Source: Vulcanimicrobiota bacterium
GTDB lineage: Bacteria; Vulcanimicrobiota; Vulcanimicrobiia; Vulcanimicrobiales; Vulcanimicrobiaceae
Reading direction: 5' to 3'
DNA: 64,000 nt
NCBI GenBank assembly: GCA_963714015.1
Contig: OY970223.1
Coordinates: forward strand, 3,136,001 to 3,200,000
The notes beneath the pieces were generated by a model. That model saw only the letters and a program-made list of their open reading frames with translations, was not told the origin of the DNA and searched no databases. A program made the translations under genes and the position numbers. Positions 43,316 to 53,837 of this stretch are shown piece by piece (within the stretch, counting starts at the first letter, position 1; each line of letters opens with the position of its first letter).

Positions 43316-43894
43316 ATGGACGACTGCGCGGCGGATGCGGCCGCGGCGTTGCTGGACGGCAGCGCCGACGATCATTCCTCGATAATTCATACGCTGCGCA
43401 AATTCGGGACGCAAGCGCTGCAGTTCGCGGCAAAGCATTGCATCCGCATCGTTCCGCTGCGCCGCAGAGAGCGTTACGACCACCGATCGCCGGCGCTCAA
43501 GCGCCTTGCCGTAGACGTCGACGCTTGGCCGGCGCCGCCGGCCGGTTTGTTCGTCGTCGAAGAGCGGACCGTGTATCTGCGCTCCCGAAGCCCGATGACT
43601 GTCGCGCATGAGTTCGGCCACGCCCTGGACTGCGCGCTCGGCGGCGGGGTGTATCTATCCGGTTCGGACGAAGCGCTGCATCGTTTGTTTGCCGGCGCAA
43701 AGTCATTCGTCACTCCCTATGCGGCGACGGGCCTGGACGAATATTTTGCCGAGTCGCTTCGCGCATACGTTGAAGTGAACGATCCTCAGTCGTTCTGGCC
43801 GCGCGCGACCAAGACGCGGCTAAAGCGCGTCGATCCCGCGATGTTTTCGTATATCGAAGATATCTTCAGAACGGAGTTTTCTCGTATCGCCTGA
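43316..43894 (+). CDS. Zinc metallopeptidase (HEXXH; lethal-factor/PPEP/MtfA-like)
   Basis: AHEFGHALD, YAAT..DEYFAES. Confidence 0.78.
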   Translation: MDDCAADAAAALLDGSADDHSSIIHTLRKFGTQALQFAAKHCIRIVPLRRRERYDHRSPALKRLAVDVDAWPAPPAGLFVVEERTVYLRSRSPMTVAHEFGHALDCALGGGVYLSGSDEALHRLFAGAKSFVTPYAATGLDEYFAESLRAYVEVNDPQSFWPRATKTRLKRVDPAMFSYIEDIFRTEFSRIA

Positions 43895-43901
43895 CAGCGC
43901 T

Positions 43902-46900
43902 TTAGGCTGTCAGCACGGCGCTTGCCTCGCGCGGCAGCACGACGCCGGCGAGTTGCAGCGGATCGTACGTTCCGATACGAATCTCTTGGCCGTCTTCACC
44001 GGCGCGGCGTGATGCGCGCAGCGCATCGATCGCCTCCGGAAGAGCGAACTGTTCGCCGACGAAGCCGGTAACGAATCTCCCGCCGCGAATCTCTCCGCGT
44101 GCTTCCATCCGGCGCAGCGCGCGCAGTAACTCACGCCACGGCGGCGCAAGACTTTCGCGCGCGATGACGTCGCGAAATACGACGCCCCAGCGCGCCAGCA
44201 ATCGCCGCGCAAATTTTTCGACGTCCAACGTTTGCGCGGCCGAGGTCAGCAGCGTCCAGCGTCCCGACGAGGAGCGCGGGCGCGCTCTCAAACCCTTCTC
44301 TCCCAAACGCCGCTTAGCGTCGATAAGCGATCGCAAGGCGTCGAATCCATCCGCGGTAACCAGACCGGCTGCGACCAGCTGCCACAAGGCCTCTTCGACT
44401 TCAGCGGGAAGGCGTTTCGTCGCTCGAACGACGTCGATGAAAAACGGCGCGCCGCGACGCCGGATCTCTTGCAGAACTTCACACGAGGCGTGTGAGAGGC
44501 CCGTAGTTCCCGCTTCGCCGCGAACGATCAGTTCTTCGGCGTTCTCGCGCATGAAGAGCGAGATCGGAGCGAGTTTGGTCGGGCGAATGCGGCGCGTCTG
44601 CTCTTCCTGTTCTTCCGAGAGTGCCGGATGAGGCGCGAGGCGGCCCCACATGACTTCGCCCGAATAGCACAGCTTGTCCAAGTACTCGCTGCGATAGTTC
44701 GCAACGCGCGAGGGCAGAATTTGCGCTTCCCAAGCCGCCGCCGGGATCTCGTATCCTTCCAGCTGCTTGACGATTTGCAGCGTGCCGTCGACGCCGTGGA
44801 GTTTAGAGAGCGGCGCAACGTGCTGCCAGCGGTGCAAAAACCTGACGTACTGCGCCGCGGTAACCGGTTCGATCTCACGGCGCAGCTGTCCGATCGTGCG
44901 GCGGTGAATACGCGCCAGCACGCGGCGATTGCACCACTCCTCCTCAGCGCCGCGGAAACGGCCGCGCAGAAGCTGTCCTTCCGTTTCGATGCGAATCAGC
45001 CCGCTCTCGATCGTGAGGGCATCGGTGCGGAAGCGCTGAGCGAGTTCGCGCGTCGTAAGCGGACCGCTGCACTCCATCCAGCCGCGCAGAATCTCGGCGA
45101 ACGCTTCCTCCCGCGACTCCGGGACGCCGGCCATCGTCAAAGCCGGAATCTCGGGCTGCGCAACGGCGGCGGGATACGCAGCCCGAGCTAATTCGAGCCG
45201 CTCGGCGCTGGTCCAAAACTCCGCGCCGTCAATGTGGAGCACAGTCGCGCGGCTCTGCGCGCGCAGTTCATCGAACCATTGCGACCACGCGGCATCCGGC
45301 GGTACGACGACCAGCGTGAGCAGCGCATCGTGCAGCTCGTCCGCGTCGCGCACGACGGGCCACGATTCCTCGGTCACTTCGGCAATGACCGCGGAGTCGA
45401 GTATCCCCGCGCCGTCCAAGTCGTCCCGGATCGTCCGGCGCAGTTGAACCGCACGTGCGCGCCGTTCCTCGAGCGGCGCATCGTCCAAATATGCGTACGG
45501 GTTAGCGTTCAAGATCTCGTGACAAAACGGCGAAGGCTCGGGAGTATCGACCGCCACCGTTCGAATCCGGCCGTCTTCGACTTGATGCAAAATCGCCATG
45601 AGGCCGTCGATATCCATGGCCTCGTGCAGACAATTGCCGATGGTCTCACGCACGAGAACGTGATCGGGAATGCGTATCGGACCGGTCAAATTTTCGGCGC
45701 AGGCCGCCTGATCGGGGAAAACCGATGCGAGCAGATCGTCGGCACGCATGCGCTGAAGCTGCGGAGGCACTTTACGTCCGCCGCGCATCCGCAGAATCGC
45801 TAGGGCACGCGTCGCGTTCCAACGCCAGCGGGCGCCGAACATCGGCGCAGCCAGCAGCGCCTGCGTGAGCGTGTACTCTACGCTAGCCGTCCTGACGTAC
45901 TCGAAAACCACGTCGAGCGGGAACGCGTGCTGATCGGTCAGCGAAAGGACGATGCCGTTGTCGGTTGCCGCCGCCTGCAATTCCAAATTGAACGACCGGC
46001 AGAATTTCTTGCGCAGCGCCAGTCCCCACGCGCGGTTTATTCGCGCGCCGAACGGCGTGTGCAGAATCAGCTGCATGCCGCCGCCCTCGTCAAAGAAGCG
46101 TTCGGCCACAATGGTGCGATCCGTCGGGACAACGCCCAGCACTTTTTTGCCCGCTCGGACGTAAGCTACGGCCTGGTCCGCGCCGCCCCGATCCAATCCG
46201 CACTGTGCAATCAGCAACTCGATCGCGCATTCGTCGTCGCGTTCGTCGATATCCGTCCGCAGGGCCCCAACTTCACGCGAGAGCTCGATCGTTCGGCCCG
46301 GCCCTTCGCCGTTCCAAAACGGCACCGTGGGAGCGGCGCCGTGCGCGTCTTCGACACGAACGGTTCCCGGCTCGATTCTCCGGACTCTCCAGGAATTCGT
46401 GCCGAGCAGAAAGACGTCGCCCGCTAAACTCTCTACGGCGAAATCTTCGTCGAGCGTACCGACGATATGACCCTCGGGTTCGGCGACGACGTTGTAGTTG
46501 GCGGTCTCCGGAATCGCGCCGCCCGACGTAATGGCCGCCATGCGCGCGCCCCGCCGGCCGCGGATTCGGCCGTTGACGCGATCGTAATGCAAAAATGCGC
46601 CGCTGCGACCGCGCGAGTGCGCGACACCGTCGGCCAGCATGGTCAGTACTTCGTCGTAGTCCTTGCGTTCAAGATTGCGGTACGGATAAGCGCAGCGCGC
46701 AAGCTCGTAAAGATCGTCGACTTCCCAATCCTGCGCGCCGGCGGCGGCAACGATCTGCTGCGCCAAAATGTCGAGCGGCGCCACCGGAATCTTCAAGGCG
46801 TCCATAGCGCCGCCTCGGATCGACCGAATCAATGCCGCGCATTCGATCAGCTCGTCGCGGGTGGTCGCGAATAGGCGTCCCTCCGGTTTCGAACCGATCC

Positions 46901-47990
46901 AGTGGCCGGATCGGCCGATTCGCTGCAGAGCGACTGCAATCGATCGCGGCGACCCCAGTTGCACGACCAGATCGATCGTGCCGATGTCGATGCCCAGTTC
47001 CAGCGATGCCGTGGCGACGACGGCGCGCAGTTCACCGTTCTTGAGCTTGTTTTCGGCTTCGAACCGCGCTTCTTTGGAGAGGCTGCCGTGATGCGGCATG
47101 ACGATGCCTTCGCCCAAACGTTCCGTCAACGCAAAGGCGGCGCGCTCGCTCATCCGGCGCGTGCTTACGAAGACGAGCGTCGTCCGGTGGGCCATGACGT
47201 GAGCGGCAACGCGGTCGTAGATTTCACTCCACATCTCCGTGCTCGCAACGGGCCCCAATTCGTCATTCGGAATTTCGACCGAGATCGACATTTCTCGCCG
47301 GCTGCCCACGTCCACGATTGCGGCGGATGGACTGAGAAACTCCGCGACATCTTCGATCGGACGAACCGTGGCCGAAAGCCCGATGCGTTGCGGCTTTTTT
47401 CCGCCGTTTTCGGAAACGATCCGGTCAAGGCGGGCCAGGGTCAGCGACAGATGCGAACCGCGCTTATCTGCTGCAAGCGCGTGAATTTCATCGACGATGA
47501 CCGTCGAGACGTTTTTGAAGAGCGCGCGCGATTTTTCTGCCGTCACGAGAATGAACAGCGATTCCGGCGTAGTGACCAGAATATGGGGAGGCTTGCGCAG
47601 CATCCGCGCTCGCTCCGATGAGGTCGTGTCTCCCGTCCGCACGGCGGTGCGGATAGGAGCAAGCGGCAGTTCGCGCTGCCCCGCGAGCAGCAGCATCTCG
47701 CCGAGCGGCGTCTCGAGATTCTTGTGAATGTCGTTGGTCAGCGCCTTGAGCGGCGAGACGTAGACGACGAGCGTTTCGTCGGGCAACCCTTCGGGTGAAG
47801 CGGCACGGCGTATCAGGTCGTCCAGACAAATCGAGAATGCGGCCAGGGTCTTTCCGGAACCGGTCGGCGCGCTGATAAGCACGTCGCGGCCGGCCCGGAC
47901 GATCGGCCAGCCTTGGACCTGCGGTTCCGTCGGCGCCCAGTCGCGAGAAGTGAACCAATCCCTCAGGAGCGGATGGAAGTCGTCGAGCAC
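43902..47990 (-). CDS. lhr: Lhr-family ATP-dependent helicase, long form with C-terminal winged-helix/glycosylase-like region
   Basis: APTGSGKT, SPLKAL, TTPESL, DEIH, SAT, HHGSLS, QRIGRSGH, C-terminal RGGRFV..GEQFALP. Confidence 0.92.
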   Translation of the reverse strand: MLDDFHPLLRDWFTSRDWAPTEPQVQGWPIVRAGRDVLISAPTGSGKTLAAFSICLDDLIRRAASPEGLPDETLVVYVSPLKALTNDIHKNLETPLGEMLLLAGQRELPLAPIRTAVRTGDTTSSERARMLRKPPHILVTTPESLFILVTAEKSRALFKNVSTVIVDEIHALAADKRGSHLSLTLARLDRIVSENGGKKPQRIGLSATVRPIEDVAEFLSPSAAIVDVGSRREMSISVEIPNDELGPVASTEMWSEIYDRVAAHVMAHRTTLVFVSTRRMSERAAFALTERLGEGIVMPHHGSLSKEARFEAENKLKNGELRAVVATASLELGIDIGTIDLVVQLGSPRSIAVALQRIGRSGHWIGSKPEGRLFATTRDELIECAALIRSIRGGAMDALKIPVAPLDILAQQIVAAAGAQDWEVDDLYELARCAYPYRNLERKDYDEVLTMLADGVAHSRGRSGAFLHYDRVNGRIRGRRGARMAAITSGGAIPETANYNVVAEPEGHIVGTLDEDFAVESLAGDVFLLGTNSWRVRRIEPGTVRVEDAHGAAPTVPFWNGEGPGRTIELSREVGALRTDIDERDDECAIELLIAQCGLDRGGADQAVAYVRAGKKVLGVVPTDRTIVAERFFDEGGGMQLILHTPFGARINRAWGLALRKKFCRSFNLELQAAATDNGIVLSLTDQHAFPLDVVFEYVRTASVEYTLTQALLAAPMFGARWRWNATRALAILRMRGGRKVPPQLQRMRADDLLASVFPDQAACAENLTGPIRIPDHVLVRETIGNCLHEAMDIDGLMAILHQVEDGRIRTVAVDTPEPSPFCHEILNANPYAYLDDAPLEERRARAVQLRRTIRDDLDGAGILDSAVIAEVTEESWPVVRDADELHDALLTLVVVPPDAAWSQWFDELRAQSRATVLHIDGAEFWTSAERLELARAAYPAAVAQPEIPALTMAGVPESREEAFAEILRGWMECSGPLTTRELAQRFRTDALTIESGLIRIETEGQLLRGRFRGAEEEWCNRRVLARIHRRTIGQLRREIEPVTAAQYVRFLHRWQHVAPLSKLHGVDGTLQIVKQLEGYEIPAAAWEAQILPSRVANYRSEYLDKLCYSGEVMWGRLAPHPALSEEQEEQTRRIRPTKLAPISLFMRENAEELIVRGEAGTTGLSHASCEVLQEIRRRGAPFFIDVVRATKRLPAEVEEALWQLVAAGLVTADGFDALRSLIDAKRRLGEKGLRARPRSSSGRWTLLTSAAQTLDVEKFARRLLARWGVVFRDVIARESLAPPWRELLRALRRMEARGEIRGGRFVTGFVGEQFALPEAIDALRASRRAGEDGQEIRIGTYDPLQLAGVVLPREASAVLTA

Positions 47991-49303
47991 GTCGCTGTGT
48001 TCGACACAAGAACGGCTCTTACGTTTGCGCTGGTGACGAAGGCGCCCACAAGGTACAGAAAGGCCCCCACGTTGACCGCTGAGAGCGCGTGCGCCCACGG
48101 GCCCCACAGGTCGTACCGGTTTACGCCGGCGCCTGCGCCGTTGTCCAAAACGGCGAGATACGCCAGTGAGTACAGCAAGTTGAGGAGCAGCGTTCCGCTG
48201 AAAACGGCGCATGCCCAGCGGTAACGCAAGGCGAGCGGAATCAAGGCGATCGTAAATATCAAGCCGACGAACAAGTAGCGCTCGTGCATGCGTGTGGCGA
48301 GCATGAATTGCGCGAGCAACAGCAGCGCCGCCGATTGCAGAAATGCCGGCGCAGTTCGCAAACGCAAATAGCGAACGACGATGGCCGCTATTGTACCGAG
48401 CAGGAGCACGATGCCCCATGCATATTGGGTCATGCCGAGCAGGCCGGTTTGGTAATCCGCCAGTCGGACGCCTGCGGGATCGGCTCCCCAGAAATCGTAC
48501 CGCAAGGACCACAAGTTGAACGCGTTGTCGGAGTTGAAGGGATACATCGCACTGCCGATGCGATAGCGATTATAGAGAAAATGCAGGACGCTTTCCGGAT
48601 TGTGGGATGGATAGAACGGCCAGGTCAGCACAAAAGCGAGCAATATTCCGCAGGCCATGCCGGCCGCCGTCGATCGCAAGCGCATGGTGCGCTGCTCCCG
48701 TGATGCCGTCGCGACCGCAAATGCGACAAAGAGCACGACGAGTATTGCCGCTTGCGGTTTGACCAGGATCGAATACGCGAGCGCAACCCACGCCCAAACG
48801 ATGTGCCGTGAGATCGTCCTTGCGCTCTCCTCGTTGCATCGAAGTAAGAGATACACCGCCAATAGTGCAAACGCGGCGCAAACGGAATCCATCTGCCCCC
48901 ACCATGCCGAAATGAATATCGCCGCCGGGTTGAAAACGAACAGCGCAGCGGCTCCCAGCGCCCACCGCCGATCGGCAAAGCGCTGTACGATCGCATAAAG
49001 CAATATGCCGCCGGCCAGATCCGCAGAAATCGCCGGCGCCTTCACCAAGTACCGCAGCAGCCAGTGCGCCGAGCCGGGAAACGACGCCGCAGCATGACCC
49101 GCTGCGGCCAGCACATAGAGATAACCGGGCGGATAGTCGATCAGCGGTAGGCGGTAAAACTGATCGAGCGGATGGGACGCCAGTGCCCTGGCCCACAGCT
49201 CGAACGTATGCGTGTCGAATCCGGCAGCAGGCAAAAAAGGCAGCCGCACGAGCAGCCCTAGCGCCAGAATGAGGCCAAGTTTAGCAGCGGCGGAAATGCG
49301 CAC
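47963..49303 (-). CDS. Polytopic GT-C fold glycosyltransferase (GT87/PIG-like)
   Basis: DYPP, FNPA, WGQMDS, VKPQ, RMHERYL; many TM helices. Confidence 0.8.
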   Translation of the reverse strand: MRISAAAKLGLILALGLLVRLPFLPAAGFDTHTFELWARALASHPLDQFYRLPLIDYPPGYLYVLAAAGHAAASFPGSAHWLLRYLVKAPAISADLAGGILLYAIVQRFADRRWALGAAALFVFNPAAIFISAWWGQMDSVCAAFALLAVYLLLRCNEESARTISRHIVWAWVALAYSILVKPQAAILVVLFVAFAVATASREQRTMRLRSTAAGMACGILLAFVLTWPFYPSHNPESVLHFLYNRYRIGSAMYPFNSDNAFNLWSLRYDFWGADPAGVRLADYQTGLLGMTQYAWGIVLLLGTIAAIVVRYLRLRTAPAFLQSAALLLLAQFMLATRMHERYLFVGLIFTIALIPLALRYRWACAVFSGTLLLNLLYSLAYLAVLDNGAGAGVNRYDLWGPWAHALSAVNVGAFLYLVGAFVTSANVRAVLVSNTATCSTTSIRS

Positions 49304-49400
49304 GCCCCGAGCATAAAGCGGCGGCACGGTAACGGACAGATGCAGGCCACTCATGCGCACATGAGACGAACTGCCCGAGGAGTGCAGGGTTACGCTGCCG

Positions 49401-50343
49401 CTACGGCTTGAACAGCACCTTGCCGGAACGCCCCGGCGTTTCAGCTGCCTTGACGGCGGCGCGCGCTTCCCCGAGCGGGTATATGCCCTCGACCGGAAGC
49501 AGAAGCTCCTCCGCCCGAGGCAAGTTCGAAAACGCGGCGCAGCGAGGACGCAAGGCGATCCGCGTTCTGCGGTCGCCGCATCCATGCCGTCATCCAAAAA
49601 CCCCGTACGATCAGCTCGTGTGAAATCAGCCGCCCGGGATCCAAGCGCATCGCCGACCCGGACAAACCGCCGAAAACAATCAGCTCTCCGCTTTGCGCCA
49701 GCAGGCGCTGCATGTTCGCTGAGTCGGGACCTCCGACGGAGTCGATTGCACGTACGATGGGCGCACCGCCCGCTTCTTCGAGCACACGATCGACCCAGTC
49801 GTTCTCGGTCACGACGACGCGCTGCGCACCGGCCTTCCGTAGTTCGTCCGCACCGGATTCCCGCCGAACGAGATTGATCACGTTCACGCCGCGCCGCTGC
49901 GCTTCGCGCATCAAGATCTTTCCGACCGCGCCGTTTGCAGCATTCTGAACGATCCAATCGCCGCCGTTGACCCGCAGCTCGTCGAGCAGCACGATCGCGG
50001 AGAGCGGCATCGCGAGCAATTGGCAGGCGACCTCGTCCGGAATGCCGTCCGGGATCGGTGCAAGCAGTGCTTCCGGTGCGAGGGTGTACTGCGCCCACGC
50101 GCCCTGCGTTATACAAGCGACGCGTTTGCCTCCCACGACCCCCACAAGTTCGGAACCCCCGACTGCGGGCAGTTTCGGTTTAACGCCGTAGATGCCGCGA
50201 ATCGTAGCCAAATCGTGATTGTGAATAGGCGAGCACAAGACTTGAATCAGTGTTTGCCCGGGCCCGGGCTCGGGAATCGGGACTTCTGCAGGTGCGAGGA
50301 CGTCCGGCGGTTCGCCGAACCGCGAATACAGAAGTCCCAGCAT
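49401..50343 (-). CDS. MDR-family oxidoreductase (2-enoyl-thioester reductase-like; frameshift near 49515)
   Basis: SPIHNHDL, QNAANGAVG, GFW; the corrected C-terminus ends GKVLFKP at TAG 49401. Confidence 0.85.
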
Positions 50344-50868
50344 TTACTTAGTGGCGGTCACCTGCGCCGCCGTCACCGCGCCGGCATGGTTGCCCCAGGC
50401 GGAGCGAATATAGCTCACGACTGCCGCGATATCCGAATCCTTCAGCACGCCTTTCCATGGCGGCATCTGTCCGTTGTAGGTCGATCCTTTGACGCTGATC
50501 TTTCCGTTCAGGCCGTTTTTGACGATGTGGATGACGGCCGTCGGAGCGCCGGTAACGACGGTATTGCCGGCAAGCGGCGGAAAAACGCCGGGCTGACCTT
50601 GGCCGTTGGCCTGGTGACAGCTGGCGCAGTTTGTGCTAAAGACCTTCGCGCCCGCGGAAGCCGGACCGGAAGCGGCGCTCTTCATTGCGCCGTTCATCGA
50701 ACTTGCCGAAGCTGCGGGCGATGCCGCCGCAGCGCTGGGCGACGCCGCAGGCGATGCGTTGGTAGTGGTAGTCGTCGACGAGGACGAGCTGCTTTTCCCG
50801 CCGCTGCACGCTGCTAGCATGGCAACGGCCATTCCGGCGGCAGCAACGATGCCCAAGACTCTTTGCAT
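50344..50868 (-). CDS. Lipoprotein class I cytochrome c
   Basis: Lipobox LAAC; CASCH, FPPLAG, axial MP, YIRSAWGN. Confidence 0.9.
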   Translation of the reverse strand: MQRVLGIVAAAGMAVAMLAACSGGKSSSSSSTTTTTNASPAASPSAAAASPAASASSMNGAMKSAASGPASAGAKVFSTNCASCHQANGQGQPGVFPPLAGNTVVTGAPTAVIHIVKNGLNGKISVKGSTYNGQMPPWKGVLKDSDIAAVVSYIRSAWGNHAGAVTAAQVTATK

Positions 50869-50893
50869 ATCGACAATCCTTTCCGCAAACGGA

Positions 50894-52537
50894 TTATGCG
50901 GGGGTAGTACTCCCTCGCTCTTCCGGCGCCTGCGGCCGCGCTTGCTTAGCGGCGTACATTGCGTGATCCGCCGCCTCGATCAAATGATCCGCACCGGCGC
51001 CGTCGCGCGGATATAACGCGCCGCCGACGCTTATCCCCACGCGAACCGTGTTGCCTTCGATAGTCATCGGCGTGTCGGCTAGGTGCATGACGTCAGCTCG
51101 TACAGTCTCCAAAACCTCCGGAGAATTGACCGCCGTCACCAAAACCGCGAACTCGTCGCCGCCCAGGCGTGCGATGGTGTCGGATTCTCGAACCGCCATC
51201 CGAAGCCGGCGCGAAACGATCTGCAGCAGCAGATCTCCCGTCCGGTGCCCGTAACGATCGTTGATCGACTTGAAGCCGTCGAGGTCGACGTACAGCACGC
51301 CCAGGCCCAGATTGTTCTTGCGCGCCTCGACGATCGCCCAATCGAAACGTTGGAAGAATGCGCTTCTATTGAACAATCCGGTCAGCGAGTCACGCTCGGC
51401 CACTTCACGCAATTTCACGTTCGCCGCGTCGAGCGTTCGAATCCGATCCAGCACGCTGAACGAAAAGATGATCGACTCGAACATCGCCCCGAACTCGACG
51501 CCGTTGCTGGCAAAGAACCACCGCCCGGGCGGCAGATAGACGTCGTACGCAAGATCGGCCATGTATCCCGCAATCGCGGGCGCGAAAGCGACGACGAAAA
51601 ACCGCGCCGAACCGAAGCCTTGCCGCATCCGCACGACACCGGCACCGACCGTGATGATCATGCCGCAGAGTTGGACCGCCAGCAATAACGGCGCCAGGGC
51701 AATGCCGTTGGGGAGCGCATGCCGCAAAGTGTCGACGAATGCTTCGGCGATGAACCAGGAGATCAGCAATCGATCCCACTTGGGCGCGGCAGTGCGCGTC
51801 TGCAAAAACGATCGCGTAAAGAGCAGCCCGGCGAGAAACGCAAACGTATTCGTAAGCAGCGTCAACTGGCGCAAATCCGGTGCCGCGTTCGGCCACAGAT
51901 ACTGCGATCCCATGCCGGTGGTTACGAGCTCGTTGATTGCGAAGGCGGCGATATACAGTACGAACAGCGCCGCCGCTTTTTCCCGTACCACAATCGCGAC
52001 GTACAAGTTGCATAAGCCGATTGCAAACAGGACTCCGAAGAACAGCCCTTGCACGAGCCGCGTTTCGAAGCCCATCACGATAGCATTCGCTTGCGGCGCT
52101 ACGCGCAGGTAAAACGGCGTATCCGCAAAGTAATGGAGATGCAGGTAAATCGGCGGCCCGCGCAGCGCATAAGCGTCCAGATCGAGCGCGGGACGAAGAT
52201 ACGGCTGCGGATGCTTGGACCATGGAATACCGGTCCCGATCGACATGGTGCGATAGCCGTGCGCAGACGGAACGTATGCAATACCGCGATCGACTGACGA
52301 AGGCATGAACAATACCCATCGGCGCTCGAAATCGCTCGGCGCCGCCGTCAGGTTCAGCCGGATCCAACAAAATTCCGGAACGCGCGTGTTTCCGATGGGG
52401 AGAAAGTGCACGCGTCCCGCAAGCACGGCTCGGGCCTGCGCCGTCCCCGGTGCAACTTGCGCCGAAGGCAGCACCTCGAGCGTGGAACTCCCAGGTCTGA
52501 GGAAGACCAAGAGCAGGACGACGAGCGCCTCGCGCAT
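50894..52537 (-). CDS. 7TM-DISM sensor diguanylate cyclase
   Basis: Extracellular domain, 7 TM, DSLTGLFNR, DLDGFKSINDRYGH, RESDTIARLGGDEF. Confidence 0.9.
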   Translation of the reverse strand: MREALVVLLLVFLRPGSSTLEVLPSAQVAPGTAQARAVLAGRVHFLPIGNTRVPEFCWIRLNLTAAPSDFERRWVLFMPSSVDRGIAYVPSAHGYRTMSIGTGIPWSKHPQPYLRPALDLDAYALRGPPIYLHLHYFADTPFYLRVAPQANAIVMGFETRLVQGLFFGVLFAIGLCNLYVAIVVREKAAALFVLYIAAFAINELVTTGMGSQYLWPNAAPDLRQLTLLTNTFAFLAGLLFTRSFLQTRTAAPKWDRLLISWFIAEAFVDTLRHALPNGIALAPLLLAVQLCGMIITVGAGVVRMRQGFGSARFFVVAFAPAIAGYMADLAYDVYLPPGRWFFASNGVEFGAMFESIIFSFSVLDRIRTLDAANVKLREVAERDSLTGLFNRSAFFQRFDWAIVEARKNNLGLGVLYVDLDGFKSINDRYGHRTGDLLLQIVSRRLRMAVRESDTIARLGGDEFAVLVTAVNSPEVLETVRADVMHLADTPMTIEGNTVRVGISVGGALYPRDGAGADHLIEAADHAMYAAKQARPQAPEERGSTTPA

Positions 52538-52583
52538 CTTCCGCAATCCTGCGCAGAATTGACTGAAGCCTGCCTGCGCGCAG

Positions 52584-53837
52584 TTACCTTTTGGTTTGAG
52601 CAGGCCGAGGACGGGCGCTCATTGCCCAAACCAGCGCCACCAGCAGGAAATTCGCCACGAGCGAACTGCCGCCGTAAGAGATGAACGGCAGCGTGATCCC
52701 TGTGAGCGGAAAGAGTCCGATGACGCCGCCGACGATAATGAAGACTTGGAAGCCAATCGTCGCGCTCAGTCCGATGGCCAGCAGCCTCGTGTACAAATCG
52801 GGCTGCGTGGCCGCGACGTCCAGAACCCGGCGGATCAGCAGCAGAAACAACGCCAGTAAGACCAGCGCGCCGATGAAACCGAATTCCTCGCTGAACGCGG
52901 CGTAGATGTAGTCCGTCCCCACATCGGGGATAAAGTCGGGATGTCCCAGGCGATAGCCGGTTCCGAAGACTCCGCCCGCGGCGAGCGAGTAGAATCCTTG
53001 CGCCGCTTGATATCCCGCGCCAAGGGGATCCCCGAAGGGGTTCAGCCAGACCGAAACGCGCGTTCCCGCATAGTGGTAGTGACGCACGGCCCAAGCCGCG
53101 ACGCCGCCGAAGAAGACGAAACTGCCGATCAGCAGATCGAACCGCCGTGTCGCCGCATACAGCAGCACTGCAAAGGTGCAGAACAGTAATCCCGCCATGC
53201 CGATATCGCGCTGAAGCAGCAGCACCGCCATGCAGACGCCCCATCCCAAGAAAAGCGGGCCGAGGTACTTGAGGTTTGCGCGAAGAGACCACGGCTTTGC
53301 GCGGGCGATGACGTCGGCCGTCTCAGCCAAGTACGCGGCCAGAAAAAAAACGATGAAAAGCTTGATCAGTTCCACCGGCTCGTACTGCACCGGACCCAAT
53401 CGGATCCAGAGTTTTGCGCCGTTGACTTCTTGACCGAAGAGGATGAGCAACACGAATAAGACCAAGCACAGCAGCACCCACACATATTTGATTCCCGCAA
53501 ATTTTCGGAAGAGCGTGAAGGCCGGACCGACCACGATCGACAGACCGAGCGAAACGAGGAGCCAGTACTGTTGTTTGTGCGCCTGCACCGGTGATATACG
53601 GGCAACGAGCAGCAGGCCGAGCGACGCCAAGAGCACCGCCAGGGCGGGAAGCACGTCGTCGCGGACGGTTGAAAACGGCTGCACGGCAGTCCATGCCACG
53701 CACAGCACCGCAAGGAGCGCGAGAAGCCACGGAGGGCCTATCGTTTTGGCCGGCGCGAAGGAGAGCGCAAAAGCCGCCACGGCTAGCGCCATGGCGGTGG
53801 GGAGTATTCGTCTAAGGGTGGTCGTTACTTCAAACAA
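52584..53837 (-). CDS. rodA: FtsW/RodA/SpoVE SEDS-family protein
   Basis: NGAKLWI, EPVELIK, TDYIY, PLTGITLPFISYGGSS; position in an fhaA-fhaB-PP2C operon suggests RodA. Confidence 0.88.
   Translation of the reverse strand: MFEVTTTLRRILPTAMALAVAAFALSFAPAKTIGPPWLLALLAVLCVAWTAVQPFSTVRDDVLPALAVLLASLGLLLVARISPVQAHKQQYWLLVSLGLSIVVGPAFTLFRKFAGIKYVWVLLCLVLFVLLILFGQEVNGAKLWIRLGPVQYEPVELIKLFIVFFLAAYLAETADVIARAKPWSLRANLKYLGPLFLGWGVCMAVLLLQRDIGMAGLLFCTFAVLLYAATRRFDLLIGSFVFFGGVAAWAVRHYHYAGTRVSVWLNPFGDPLGAGYQAAQGFYSLAAGGVFGTGYRLGHPDFIPDVGTDYIYAAFSEEFGFIGALVLLALFLLLIRRVLDVAATQPDLYTRLLAIGLSATIGFQVFIIVGGVIGLFPLTGITLPFISYGGSSLVANFLLVALVWAMSARPRPAQTKR

Noticed and set aside
47991..48512. N-terminal extension of Lhr to 1536 aa, and of the GT-C gene to 50116
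   Set aside because: The extensions overlap neighbouring real genes; recognisable sequence starts at GTG 47990 and GTG 49303.
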